Shown here: positions 1 to 11,900 of the stretch, piece by piece
Position numbering within the stretch: the stretch's first letter is position 1
How the letters are laid out: every line of letters starts with the position of its first letter
Origin: Podarcis cretensis
Taxonomy: Eukaryota
Reading direction: 5' to 3'
Length of the DNA: 64,000 nucleotides
Assembly (NCBI GenBank): GCA_951804945.1
Contig: OX638155.1
Coordinates: 60,264,001-60,328,000 of the forward strand
Translations under genes and position numbers: made by a program
The notes under the pieces: generated by a model
Databases searched by the model: none
Told to the model about the DNA's origin: nothing
What the model saw: the letters and a program-made list of their open reading frames with translations, nothing else

Positions 1-530
1 AATCAACACCTTGAAGTTGGCCAAGTAGTAGATTGGCTGCCAGTGTAAATCCTGAAAGCAGCTTCCAGACTAACCTCAAGGGTTGCACCAGCAGAGATCA
101 TTGCAGTAATCAAACTGTAAGGTTCCCAATACATGCACAACCGTGGTCAAGCCAATCTTGATTCAAGAATGTCCATAGCTGTCTTACCAATTAAAATTGG
201 TAAAAGGCATTCCTAGCCATTGAGGACACCTGCACCCCCAGTGACAGAGCTGGATCCAGGAACATCCTGAAACTATATAGGCGCCTGCTTCTTCAGTGAG
301 AGCACAACCTCATCTAGGACAGGCAATGTATCAACTTCTCTGACCTGGGAGTCACTCACCCACCAAGGTTCCATCTTCCCAGGATTCATGACAGTCCAGG
401 AGGAACAGCAACAACATCACACTCCTCCTGTCCCTCTCCTGAGAAAGGTCATCCAGTAGGGTGACCAAGGAATGCCCAGTTCTGAACCTGGGTCTGAAGA
501 CAGATTGTAATGGGTCAACCCTCTCAAGTT
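1..530 (-). mobile_element. Degraded L2/CR1-group LINE reverse transcriptase fragment
   Basis: Minus ORF 352-612 contains DPLQSVFRPRFRTGHSLVTLLDDLSQERDRRSVMLLLFLLD, a decayed match to the L2-type RT motif LDPFQSGFRPGxGTETALVxLxDDLxxxxDRGxxxLLxLLD. Boundaries approximate. Confidence 0.7.
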
Positions 531-1755
531 TCTTGTCCAAACAGGGTATTAACAACTGGGTAGTAGTTGTAAAATACCACTGGGTGGTCCCCCCCCATGT
601 ATGGCCACACAATCACCTCCACAGTGGCTAGCACCACCCTATCATGAAGCTGCATACATCACACACTGAACCCACCCAACCATGTTTCCCTAGTTTGCTT
701 CAATCAGGCTGCAAAAACTGAAACTGCTCCCACTAAACATGGCTTGATGGAGTATTGGCATCTCACATGCTATGGAGACAAATGGCATTGTCCTCAGGCA
801 GGTCACAAAGGGTCTCTGAGGTACCCTGGACTCCATCCACCAATATGGGTGTCAATAGCCTATGAACCACATATTCACTAGTTCCGCTTGCTGACTTTTA
901 GAGAACCCAGTGGAATTAATGATGTAGGTCTTCTTTGTTGTTTTCACCCCCATGCAGTAAGCACAATAGGGTGCTCTCACATGTTTGGTCATCTTTGCAG
1001 TGGGACTTACACCACCTGCACTCTAGCCATCGCCTGGTCTTTTTCGTCACATGCAGCTCCCCAGTATACCAGGGAGCTGAATATGCTCCACAGTGTTGGA
1101 GAGAATGCTCAAGATCTATCATATCTACAACCTTCTGCATCTTGTCATTCCATAACAAAATAACAGAACTGCAGGATTGCCAGTTCTATTCACCAGAAAA
1201 TTTCACAGGAATCCTTTGTGGTCCACAAGTCTCTGGGGACAGACCATAATAATGGGTCCCACACCCCTACAGGGGCAGTTGGTACTATTAGCCCAAACTG
1301 CACCAGGTTGGAAGGACGAGCAGTTCAAAAAGCAACCATGACAAAGTTCATACCTAGCCAGGTATTATAGCTGGCAGACTATTTTATTTCATTTGGTTAC
1401 AAATAGTACAAAAATCCCAAAGCCAACTTGAAAACACTTTTAATTATCACTATACCACACTAGCACCTCTCCTCAACCAATATCCAAAGAGGTTTTCCTA
1501 ATTTAAAGCTTCCCTTGTGGGTAAAAGTTTGTGTTTCTATTGGCTGAGTGTGTTATGCAATGCTAGTGAGAACTGAGAAAACCAGGCCAATGAGGATAAT
1601 AATTTAAACCTTCAACTTTATGCCACACATTATATGATCCCAGCCCTTTAGACCTGAAGCATCTGTGATACATTAACCCACTCACATCACCTGTTAACTG
1701 GATATTTCTGACACGGTGGAGTGGGAAAGGTCTGAGACTTCAAATCATGCATTTT

Positions 1756-1891
1756 CAGTGTTTCCCAAGCTTGGATCTCCAGCTGTTTTTGGACTTCAGT
1801 TCCCATCATCCTTGATCCCTGGTCCTGATAGTTTGGGATGATAGGAGTTGTAGTCCAAAAACAGCTGGAGACCCACGTTTGGGAAACACTG
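1756..1891. mobile_element. hAT-like palindromic MITE (~136 bp)
   Basis: Ends CAGTGTTTCCCAA...TTGGGAAACACTG with long internal inverted arms (TCTCCAGCTGTTTTTGGACT / AGTCCAAAAACAGCTGGAGA). Same family as 37807-37942. No clear TSD. Confidence 0.8.
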
Positions 1892-2757
1892 CACGACTAC
1901 TGGGAATGACACTAGAAGTTTGCACACTAGAGTCTGCAAAGATGAAATTGGGTTTTCATACGGTCAGTTCGTCCTAATTTTTTCATAAGGCCTGATGAGC
2001 AAAAGACCACCAAGGCCATCAGGAAGAAAATAGCACTCAGCAGGGCATACACAGCAGCTATGCTGTAAGGGCTTCACCTTCTCAGATTGCTCCATACTCA
2101 CACATTATATTAAAACATTGCCAAAGTGCAGATAAGCAATTCTGCATTGTAACCTATTGCAGGTGTAAGAGTTTTGGAGGATCCCCAAAATCTGGCAGTA
2201 AAATACACTCCCGAAGGAGCTCCAAGCTTAAAAACAAATAGATATTTTAAGTGTGGAAAAGAAGAGTTTTGACATACACCCTCTTTTCTGAAACAAATGC
2301 CTCAGAATGCAGTGAATGTGCTTAAAGCCACTTCTACCACATTTTAGAAACCACACTGTCCAAGTAAGCTGAAACTCTACTCAAGCAATGCTGGAATTCG
2401 GTCCAGCCTTGAATACATTTTTCCTGTACTGCCAATTGTTTCTTCTTCCAAAACCATATTTATATTCTGATACTTCTCTGAAGAATTTCCCCCTGCTCTT
2501 GGCCCTATGAGTTCCATCCCGTCCTTCCTACAGCAGTTAGTATATCACTCATATTTTGTGTGCTGTTGACACACTACTATAGGTCAAAGCTTTGGGAAGA
2601 AAAGTACAAATTCAAACTTCAAAATGCATTAGCCATATAGCTGATCTTTACAATAAACCCCAAAATTGATTACTGAAAGACTACTACGACAAAATTGACC
2701 TAATTTTAAATGACAGGTAAATAACATTTAACATATGTTTCTTTTCTAGGTAACAAT

Positions 2758-2818
2758 TGTTGTTGTTTAGTTGTTTAGTCGTGCCCGACTCTTCATGACC
2801 CCATGGACCAGAGCATGC
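2758..2818 (-). mobile_element. Bov-B (RTE) extreme 3' end, ~60 bp
   Basis: TGTTGTTGTTTAGTTGTTTAGTCGTGCCCGACTCTTCATGACCCCATGGACCAGAGCA matches the 3' terminus and (CAA)n tail of the copies at 7750-7810 and 63082-63140. Confidence 0.85.
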
Positions 2819-5346
2819 TCCTATTATATTCCTATAATCTTAATCACCCATTAGATTCACTCATAAAATGCAGAACTATTACAGCTTCTGATAACAAAGT
2901 GTGTCCTCTATTTTCCACTGGAATACAATTTGCAGAACTGCGGGAAAAGCATGGCCATGATGAGACTGAGATGTGCAGATGTCTTTAGAGTTCCAATGCT
3001 CAGGTAAATTACTATACTGAGCATCTCATTATTTATTTATTTTTATTTCGCTATACTGCTTAATCGCAGTTGTCACAAAGGTTGAAAATTCCCTACCCTG
3101 ATCCATGGAAAGTGCAGGTAGGAAAGACTTCGGGTGGGATGAGGAGGTTCCTCTAAATTTATGGAGCATGAAAAGAAGCCTAGCAGGTGGAGATTATCTA
3201 TTTTACTTTCACTAATATAGCCAATCAAGAAGTCCCTGGAGCACGTATGGGTGTAGGCGTACCCATTTAAAGCATATTCTGCCTGCCTGGCACTCAACTC
3301 CTAATTCCTGAAAGAAGGCAAAGCTGGGATGCGTTGTTGGGCTACAGCGACCATCATCCTTGACCCTTAACTTTTCTGGGTGGGGCTTACGGAATTGGAA
3401 TTCATCTTGTGAAAGGTCAGAGGTTCTACATCCATAACATGAAGAATCAAAGGATACTATTACTTAAGTAATACTGTTATCTAAGAGAGTAATTCCCCAT
3501 AATCTTTAAGTGAACATTACTTTCTTAATAATAATTAAATATTCATACTACAGAAGGCTGGAAAATACAAAGTTAAAGTCACATTACATTTGGTTCTTCA
3601 ATAGGGATGGCAATGAAATGCTCAATACCTGGTTTCATAAACTGACTTGCTCAGCCTGTAATGCTTGACTGTGTTACAAATTGTATATCATATCCCTGAA
3701 AAGTTAACTCAGAATGTTAAACTATATTGTGCATGCTCAGTTAGCATTCAACAGACCAGGTACCCCAACCCAGCTGTGCTTTGTGGGTGAATTTGTATAG
3801 GTTATTTTTAGAGCTGTGAAATTACATGACTGCATACTCTGCTACTTGGTAACTGCATCTGCAGAAGTCCCCCCCCCCTTCAGTTAGCCATTGACATCTG
3901 ATGAATCTCACAGGTTGCTGTGAAACACATGGTCAGATTAACCCTTTGATGCACATCTTCTCTACCAATTCAACCAATTATCCTTATTGTTTAATGGAAA
4001 TATTTTATGCTTGTTTGTTGTGCCCCATCCAGATTCAAAACACTTTTTGCTCTCAAATGTGTTCGCTTACAGGAGGATCTCTCTGCCATGGATGGTGCTG
4101 TGGGGTTGAGTCACGCCAGGTTTAACCAAACTATAGTTCTCAGGGGTTGATACAATATTCCACATGTATACAGTGTCCTAGTGTTCATGCCCATTAGCAT
4201 GAAAAAGGAGTTCTCCAGCCACCGTATGCTCTGAAGTTAAGCATTTAGGAACACTGAAGACAACAAGGTGCTTCAGTTTCAAAAGAATGACATGCAAGTT
4301 CTGCTACATACAATGACACTTCAAGGAAAACACATTGGACCACCCCAAATCATTTGCCCATGTATGTGAACAGAAAATAGTAGATTTAGCTGAAAGGCAT
4401 GACATGGAGCACATCAGCATTGATCGTTGCAGTGTAACCATCTGAGCAAGCAGACTTGTTTTAAATGGAAAATAGCTTGCCAATTCTTTTTAGTGATCTA
4501 GCTGCAGTAAAAACCTTCAAAGCAGCTCAAGCTGTGCACATGCTTTCTCTCCATTCATGAATATGGCCCATGTGCATACATCCATAATTAGGTTTTCAGA
4601 AATAACATCTGAACTTGGTTCTTAGCAGATATTAGGACCAAATTAGATGACTAAAGGCTATACACATCATTAGCACACATCCTTAAGGAAAAAAACCAAC
4701 AACCTTAAACAGCGGGTGTGTATATTATTTTCATCACAGCAGCTGTGCATGGGGAGATAAGGGTTAACCTTTTCTTCCTGCTGTGAAACCAATGAAAATT
4801 TCCCCTTGACAATGGGAACTTTCCTTCCTAAGAGCAGCTTAGATAGCATTTTTGGCCAAATTGCACTCCACCACACACTGTGGTCCCAATGAAAACTGGG
4901 CCCACATGTACCTATTAACTTAAACACACAAGCACACACATAATTGCTAATGACACATCTAGTACCATGTCTCATTTGGCCCTCGGTTATCCAAAAGCAC
5001 TACGAATTAAAATAGATTCTCATGGTTCATGTTGACAAAGAAGCCTGATTATACTTCCTTTTGAAAGAAGGGTAGAGGCTAGTGAGTGGAGCTGGGGCAG
5101 TGGGGAAGAGAGAAGTGAAAATATGGGAATATAGGACGAGAAATACACACATCCTTCTTCCTGCTGTGTACCATTGCATCTGAGGAAAGTGCGCAGAAAA
5201 GGAGACCAAGGCTATGGTACACCAGCCATGAGAAAGGGTTGCAAGTGTGTCAAATTCTAGATACCTCTTCCAATCCACCTTCCATGAGAAAAACAACCAC
5301 CCAGGACCCCTCCAGATGTCCTTTTTATCACGCATCATGATAAGCC

Positions 5347-5503
5347 ATGCTCATGATGCTATTGGGGCAGTTACACCCAAGCCTGATTCCAGTACTAACT
5401 TCCTACTGGAATCCTTTAACTTTATGCTCATGATGCTATTGGGGCAGTTACACCCAAGCCTGATTCCAGTACTAACTTCCTACTGGAATCCTTTAACTTT
5501 ATG
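5347..5503. repeat. Perfect 77-bp tandem duplication with an internal hairpin
   Basis: 5347-5423 equals 5424-5500, followed by ATG microhomology. Each unit contains GATTCCAGTA-9nt-TACTGGAATC. Confidence 0.95.
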
Positions 5504-5804
5504 TACCACAAATGTTTTTCGTTATTTCTGTCCCACTTTTTTGTGCTATAGCCACTCCGAAGAGCAATAATATGATAGCATTGTGAAAGCACCTCAAAAG
5601 AAACTAAAGTGGAATAAATTCACCACTATTATTGTGCCAAGAACACATTGAAGAATGCTGCACACCCACAATAAAACAGGAACACCCATGAGATAGCCAT
5701 TTCAAATGATATTGAGACCAATACCTTCAGCTGACTTATACAGTATATACCGGTAAGTTGCTGCTTTTTACAAAGTCAGGCCATTGACTTTGTACGGTCT
5801 ACAA

Positions 5805-5910
5805 TGACTGGCATAACCTCTCTGGGGGCGTTGACAAGAGTCTTTTCCAGCCCTATCTGGAGATGCCAGTCCTACAATGGTTCTGCATACAAAGTCTGTG
5901 CTGTATCACA
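5805..5910 (-). mobile_element. Squam3-like tRNA-derived SINE remnant
   Basis: TTTTCCAGCCCTATCTGGAGATGCCAG...TTCTGCATACAAAG is a decayed reverse complement of the SINE at 37676-37985. Confidence 0.55.
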
Positions 5911-6651
5911 TAATTATATTTCCATCCCCCCAAACCTTTAAAAAATAAACCTTCCCCACCAGCTCAGCAGATAGGTCCCCTTGTAAGAATAGTTTCATTG
6001 TTTCTATTCTATCAATTTTTCTATTTTGTATATCTACAAAGTATAAATAAACATGATGCAAATGTTCATAGAGAAAGGAGGAAGAGAACATCTGAAAAGG
6101 CAAGCTTTTTGGCAGAAATAATATGTCCCCCCATCATTTCAGAGAGCATTGTACAACAATAGTTATAACATGTACTTGTGAAATGTGTATTGCAGTATTG
6201 TTGTATTGCCCTTAACAGCCTACACTTTTTTTTGCTGTTCAATGATAAATTAAATTATATGCAATTTCTTTTCACCGGACAATCACCATGACTGATAAGT
6301 GGGGTTGAAGAGAGGGAGAGAATGAATTTATCCGATCAGAGGATGGGAGGGAGAAAGAATCCATGAGAGAGAGGAGAGTTTCAGGGAGGGAGGCCGGCTT
6401 ATTTCTGAAATCAGATTAGATCAGACATAAGCTATTTCCTAATTTTTCACCTATTTTTGAGCCAACCTGACATGATCTGGTGGTGGGGGAAGAAGTCATT
6501 CATCTCTATTCAGACACAGCCTTATAAATGCTGTAAGTCGCTTGCAGATATCCAGGGAACAAGCAACGAACAACAAAAATAATAACGTGTTCTTGCTCAG
6601 TATCCTTGTATTTTACTGCAAATGGAAGTGTCATGACTAGCAGTTTTAGAT

Positions 6652-7810
6652 GTTCCTAGTAAAATGGGAGTGCCTGATCACCTCATCTGTCTCCTGAGAA
6701 ATCTCTATGTGGGACAAGAAGCTACAGATAGAACTGGATAAAGAACAACTGTTTGGTTCAAAATTGGGAAAGGAGTACGGCAAGACTGTATATTGTCTCC
6801 CTGCTTATTTAACTTATATGCAGAATTCATCATCCGAAAGGCTGGAATGGATGAATCCCAAGCCAGAATTAAAACTGCAGGAAGAAGTATCAACAACCTC
6901 AGACATGCTGATGGCACAACTTTGATGGCAGAAAGTGAGGAGGAATTAAAAAACCTTTTAATGAGGGTGAAAGAGGAGAGCACACAATAGGGCCTGAAGC
7001 TCAACATCAAAAAAACTAAGATTATGGCTACTGGTCCCATCACCTCCTGGCAAATAGAAGGGAAAAAATGGAGGCAGTGAGAGATTTTACTTTCTTCGGC
7101 TCCATGATCACTGCAGATGGTAACAGCAGTCACGAAATTAAAAGATGCCTGCTTCTTGGGAGAAAAGCAATGACAAACCTAGACAGCATCTTAAAAAGCA
7201 GAGACATCACCTTGCCGGCAAAGGTCCATAAAGTTAAAGCTATGGTTTTCCCAGTAGTGATGTATGGAAGTGAGAGCTGGACTATAAAAAAGGCTGATCA
7301 CTGAAGAATTGATGCTTTTGAATTATGGTATTGGAGGAGGCTCTTGAGAGTCCCATGGACTGCAAGAAAATCAAATTATTATTATTTATTTGATGCTATA
7401 TTGTTTTTAATATTCAGTTGGAAGCCGCCCAGAGTGGCTGGGGAAAACCAGCCAGATGGGTGGGGTATAAATAATAAATTATTATTATTATTATTATTTT
7501 ATCATCCATTCTGAAGGAAATCAGCCCTGAGTGCTCACTGGAAGGACAGATCCTGAAGCTGAGGCTCCAATACTTTGGCCACCTCATGAGAAGAGAAGAC
7601 TCCCTGGAAAAGACCCTGATGTTGGGAGAGATTGAGGGCACAAGGAGAAGGGGACTACAGAGGACGAGATGGTTGGACAGTGTTCTCGAAGCTACCAACA
7701 TGAGTTTGACCAAACTGTGGCAGGCAGTGGAAGACAGGTGTGCCTGGCGTACTCTGGTCCATGGGGTCATGAAGAGTCAGACATGACTAAACGACTAAAC
7801 AACAACAACA
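6652..7810 (+). mobile_element. 5'-truncated, inactivated Bov-B LINE (RTE clade)
   Basis: Frameshifted RT pieces: SPCLFNLYAEFIIRKAG, INNLRHADGTTLMAESEEEL (YADD decayed to HADG), KAMVFPVVMYGSESWTIKKA, MRREDSLEKTLMLG. Stop at 6988-6990. 3' tail GACTAAACGACTAAAC(AAC)n. Confidence 0.95.
7376..7503 (+). mobile_element. L2-type LINE 3' end with (TTA)n tail nested in Bov-B
   Basis: GGAAGCCGCCCAGAGTGGCTGGGGAAAACCAGCCAGATGGG...AAATAATAAATTATTATT interrupts the Bov-B TCAAA|CCT|ATCCATT site, which is uninterrupted in the 63 kb copy. Same family at 43093-43252. Confidence 0.8.
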
Positions 7811-7989
7811 GTAGTAAGATAAAACACACAGTAACCCATAGGCTGCAAGCAGCTCTTGGCTGTTCTCTGTACAGCCTGCCAAGTTCCCGGGGAGCCCCAT
7901 TAACTCCCTCCAGCTCATTGAGCACGAACTGGATGGCAAAGAAAAACAATCACTCTCCATACTGCTAATAAGCATTAGTATGGTGATTT

Positions 7990-8262
7990 AAGCTTCTTGA
8001 TTGTAATAAAACCTCGAAGCAGTTTACAAAACAAATCATTTAAAATATCAACAAAAAGACAGTTAAAAAAGGTATTAAAAAATTCAAACACTGATTATAA
8101 TCAACAATCAGCTAAAAACAGATTAAAACATAAGTACCTTCTGCGTGTCTAGATTAGCTTGCCTAAACAAAACGGTTTTAAGCAGGCACCTGCCATATGT
8201 CTACAGGCGGGGAGTTCCTCTATACAGACAGGGAACCACACTAAAAGATTGATTTCCTACAA
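7990..8262 (-). mobile_element. Old L2-like remnant acting as target of the L1 (continues ~13049-13135)
   Basis: A-rich reversed 3' end followed by GCTTGCCTAAACAAAACGGTTTTAAGCAGGCACC...GGGGAGTTCC...ACCACACTAAAAG, resembling reversed squamate L2 3' coding sequence. Confidence 0.5.
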
Positions 8263-8570
8263 AGATAATTATATAATTCCCGTCTATATTCAACCTCTTT
8301 TCTCTATTCCTCTGAAGAATCCTATTTCTCATTTCTTTATCCTTAAATGTAATCAGGCAATCGCCTGTAAGCTTTCTTACTTTTGTTGTGTTAACGCGCA
8401 TTCTAAATGCGTTCTGTATGTTATTGGCCATTTCCTCCGGTGGAATACCCAGCCATTCCGCAAGCTCCTTTATCAATTTCTCTTTAATGTTTTCATTTTG
8501 TGTCTCTGGCACAGCTCTAAACCTCAGATTAATCTCCCTCTGCCTCAGTTCATTCATCGCTATAACATCC
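8261..8570 (-). pseudogene. Inverted middle part of L1 ORF1 (end of coiled coil plus RRM)
   Basis: Minus translation DVIAMNELRQREINLRFRAVPETQNENIKEKL...GDCLITFKDKEMRNRILQRNREKRLNIDGNYIIIF fits the L1 ORF1p pattern R..NLRx.GxPE and RRM. Confidence 0.9.
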
Positions 8571-8905
8571 TTATCTTTAAAGATGTCCCAATCAGATTAC
8601 TTAAACGAAGAGACTCTTACAAATCTCTGGTGCAGGCATTGAAGAAAAATAAGATCGAGTTTAGATGGGAATTCCCGGAAGGGGTTTCATTTATGTATAG
8701 AGGTAAGAGACATAGGTTATTAAGCCAGGAAGAAACCGGGAAGTTCCTTAGGAAATATAAGGAACTGAGAACGGAAGCAAATGGAACCGGGGATGCAGAG
8801 GGAGGACTACCAGGAGAATCAGGAGTGGGGGAGGAAGAGGAGGGGGGAGAAAGCGGATCAGACGAAGAGGCAGAGGAGGAAAAAGAGGATTCAGGGCACC
8901 TATAA
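8571..8905 (+). pseudogene. L1 ORF1 C-terminal domain plus acidic tail (no start codon in this copy)
   Basis: IFKDVPIRLLKRRDSYKSLVQALKKNKIEFRWEFPEGVSFMYRGKRHRL fits the ORF1p CTD pattern, followed by an E/G/D-rich tail and TAA 44 bp before ORF2. Confidence 0.9.
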
Positions 8906-8949
8906 AGGAAAGGATAACGTAAAGAAAAGTTAAGTGAAAGCTCAGCACT

Positions 8950-11900
8950 ATGGGATTAAAAATTTGGAATTGGAATATTAACGGGATGAACGATAAAAAA
9001 TGGAGAAATAAAATTGAGCAATATCTGAAAAGGAAGAATCTGGACATTATTTGTCTTCAGGAAACGCATGTAGCCAGAAGGCATAGAAAAGTGCTAATTA
9101 ACAAAAAATTGGGAAATGAATTTGAATCCTCAGATAAAGAAAAGAAAAGAGGGGTGGTATTGTATATTAAAAACAAGATGGAAGCTAGAACACTATTCAA
9201 AGATGAAGAGGGGAGGGTGATAGGGGTTAGCATTAACTGGCAAGGAGAAAAACTGGTGGTAGTAGGGGTATATGCCCCAAATGGTAGTAAAACTGAATTC
9301 TTTAAAAAATTAGAAGAGAAGCTATGGGAATATATGGACCAAAAAATAATTCTAATGGGTGACATGAATGGCGTCGTCTCGCTAGAAGCGGATAGACTTA
9401 GGGATGGAGTAAACAAAGAAGGAAAATTACCAAAATCCTTCTTTTCAATGGTAGAGAACTGCAACTTGACGGACATCTGGCGCCTCAGGCATCCATTGGA
9501 TAAACAATTTACTTATCATTCTGAGCCTAACCAATCGCTGTCACGTATAGATCAGATATGGCTTTCAAGTGAATTATGCCCAAGAACTAAATTAATAGAA
9601 ATAAGACCGAAAGTAATTTCGGACCACAGTCCGATAGAGTTGGAATTGGAAAGCTTAGAGACAAGAACTTTTAGATGGAGACTCAAAGACTATCTTTTAG
9701 ATGACCAGAAAATTGTCGAAAATGCAAGGAAAAAACTGTCAGATTACTTTGCGGACAACTGTGATAAAGGAACAAAGATTAATGTAGTATGGGACGCAAG
9801 TAAGGCGGTAATAAGAGGATACTTTATCCAACAGAACGCAATTAAAAACAGGAATAGAGAGAAAAATAAAGAGGAAATTCTAAAACAAATAATGGTAAAC
9901 GAACAAAAACTATCTCAAAAACCTAACTGTCAAAAGGCAAAAGAAAGAATAAAAATGCTACAAGCTCAGTTTGCTACTATAATAAACAGAGAGGTGGAGT
10001 GGAACATCAAAAAACTGAGACAAAAAAATTTTGAATTTTTAAACAAACCAGGTAAATGGCTTGCCTGGCAAATCAAAAAAAGGAAGGAACAAGGTACAAT
10101 AAACAAAATAATAGTGGGGGGGGGGGGAGAAAGAACAGATCCCACAGATCCCAAAGAAATTAGGAGTGAGTTTGTCAACTATTATAGAAGTCTGTATAAG
10201 GATAAAGAGAGAGTTGGCCTAAGGAGAATAGAAAGATTTCTGAAGGATAAAAAGGTGCAGAAAATTTCAACAGAGGATAAGCAAAGATTGAATATACCAA
10301 TTGGAAATGAGGAGATAGAAGAAACAATCAAAGATTTAAAGAGGGGCAAAGCACCAGGTCCTGACAGATTTACTGCTGGTTATTATAAAGAGATGAATTC
10401 TATCTTAGTGGGACCACTGAAGGAGACTATGAATAACATCTTAAAGAAAGGAGAAATCCCTGGGACATGGAAAGAAGCATATATTGCGTTTATCCCTAAA
10501 CAAGATGCAGATCCAACTCAAGTCAAAAATTATAGACCAATTTCATTGCTAAATACAGACTACAAAATATTTGCAGGAATCCTAGCAAGAAGGTTGAAAA
10601 AGTTGTTATCAGAAATCATTCATAAAGATCAGGCGGGATTTCTGCCAGGGCGGCAGATGAGAGACAACACAAGAATCATAATTAATATGTTAGAATATTT
10701 ATCTGTTAGGATTGACAAACAAGTTATTATGATGTTCGTGGATGCCGAGAAGGCATTCGATAATGTGATATGGGACTTTATGCTGAAAATTTTAGAACAT
10801 ATGGATGTGGGCAATGATTTCTTTAATGGGGTAAAAGCAACATATACAGAACAGAAGGCCAAACTGATTATAAATAGCATGGTGACAGAAGAGATAAAGA
10901 TACAGAAGGGTACAAGACAGGGCTGCCCACTCTCCCCGCTACTATTTATAATAGTTTTAGAAGTACTCTTGAATTCAATAAGACAAAATGGAAAAATAAA
11001 TGGAGTATCACTAGGACAGAATGTGTACAAGACTAAAGCTTTTGCTGATGACGTAGTAATAATGACAGAAGAACCAACAACTGCAATAGAAGAAATATTA
11101 AAGGAAATAGAAGAATTTGGAGAAATAGCAGGCTTTAAATTAAACAAGACAAAAACGAAAATGATAGGTAAAAATGTGGACCTAAAAACAATAGAAATCA
11201 TCCAACAGCATTCACAGATAGAGATAGTCAAAAAAGTCAAATACCTTGGTATTTGGTTAACATCTAAAAATATAGACTTATTCAAAAACAACTACGAGCC
11301 GATGTGGAAGGACATAAGGAAAGATCTGGAAAAATGGGGAGGGCTGAAACTGTCATTCTGGGGAAGGATTAATACAATCAAGATGAATGTCTTATCAAGA
11401 CTTATGTTCCTATTCCAAACCATCCCTATAATTAAGGGGAGCCGAATCTTTAAAGACTGGCAAAGAATACTCTCAAGATACATATGGCAGGGCAAAAAAC
11501 CTAGAATTCAGTTCAAATTATTGACAGATATAAAGGAAAGGGGGGGCTTTGCCCTGCCAGATTTAAAGCTGTACTACGAGGCTTCATGCCTTTGCTGGAT
11601 AAAGGATTGGGTAAAGTTGGTGAACACGAAGCTACTCGATTTAGAGGGCTTCGACAATAGATTCGGCTGGCATGCCTATTTATGGAAGAACAAAAGGAAA
11701 GTACATAAGGGATTTGAAAATCATACTTTTAGAGGCCCGTTAATTGAAATATGGGAAAAATACAAAAATCTGTTAGAGCCGAAAACACCACATTGGCTAT
11801 CACCTCTTGAAGTAATGAGCATAAAGGCTATTAATATGAGAAGCAACTGGGCAACATATAGCCAGTTGCTAACCAAGGTTGATGGGAAATGGAAGCTAAA

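Noticed and set aside
8159-8905. 248-aa plus-strand ORF as a novel chimeric gene or complete ORF1
   Set aside because: It starts at TTG in flanking DNA and reads through the antisense of the inverted ORF1 piece, with no in-frame ATG until late in the CTD. It is a by-product of the inversion.
9057-11495. Minus-strand ORFs within L1 ORF2 (139, 70, 220 and 67 aa)
   Set aside because: Antisense shadows of an A-rich coding strand, with F/S/I/L-biased composition and no motifs.
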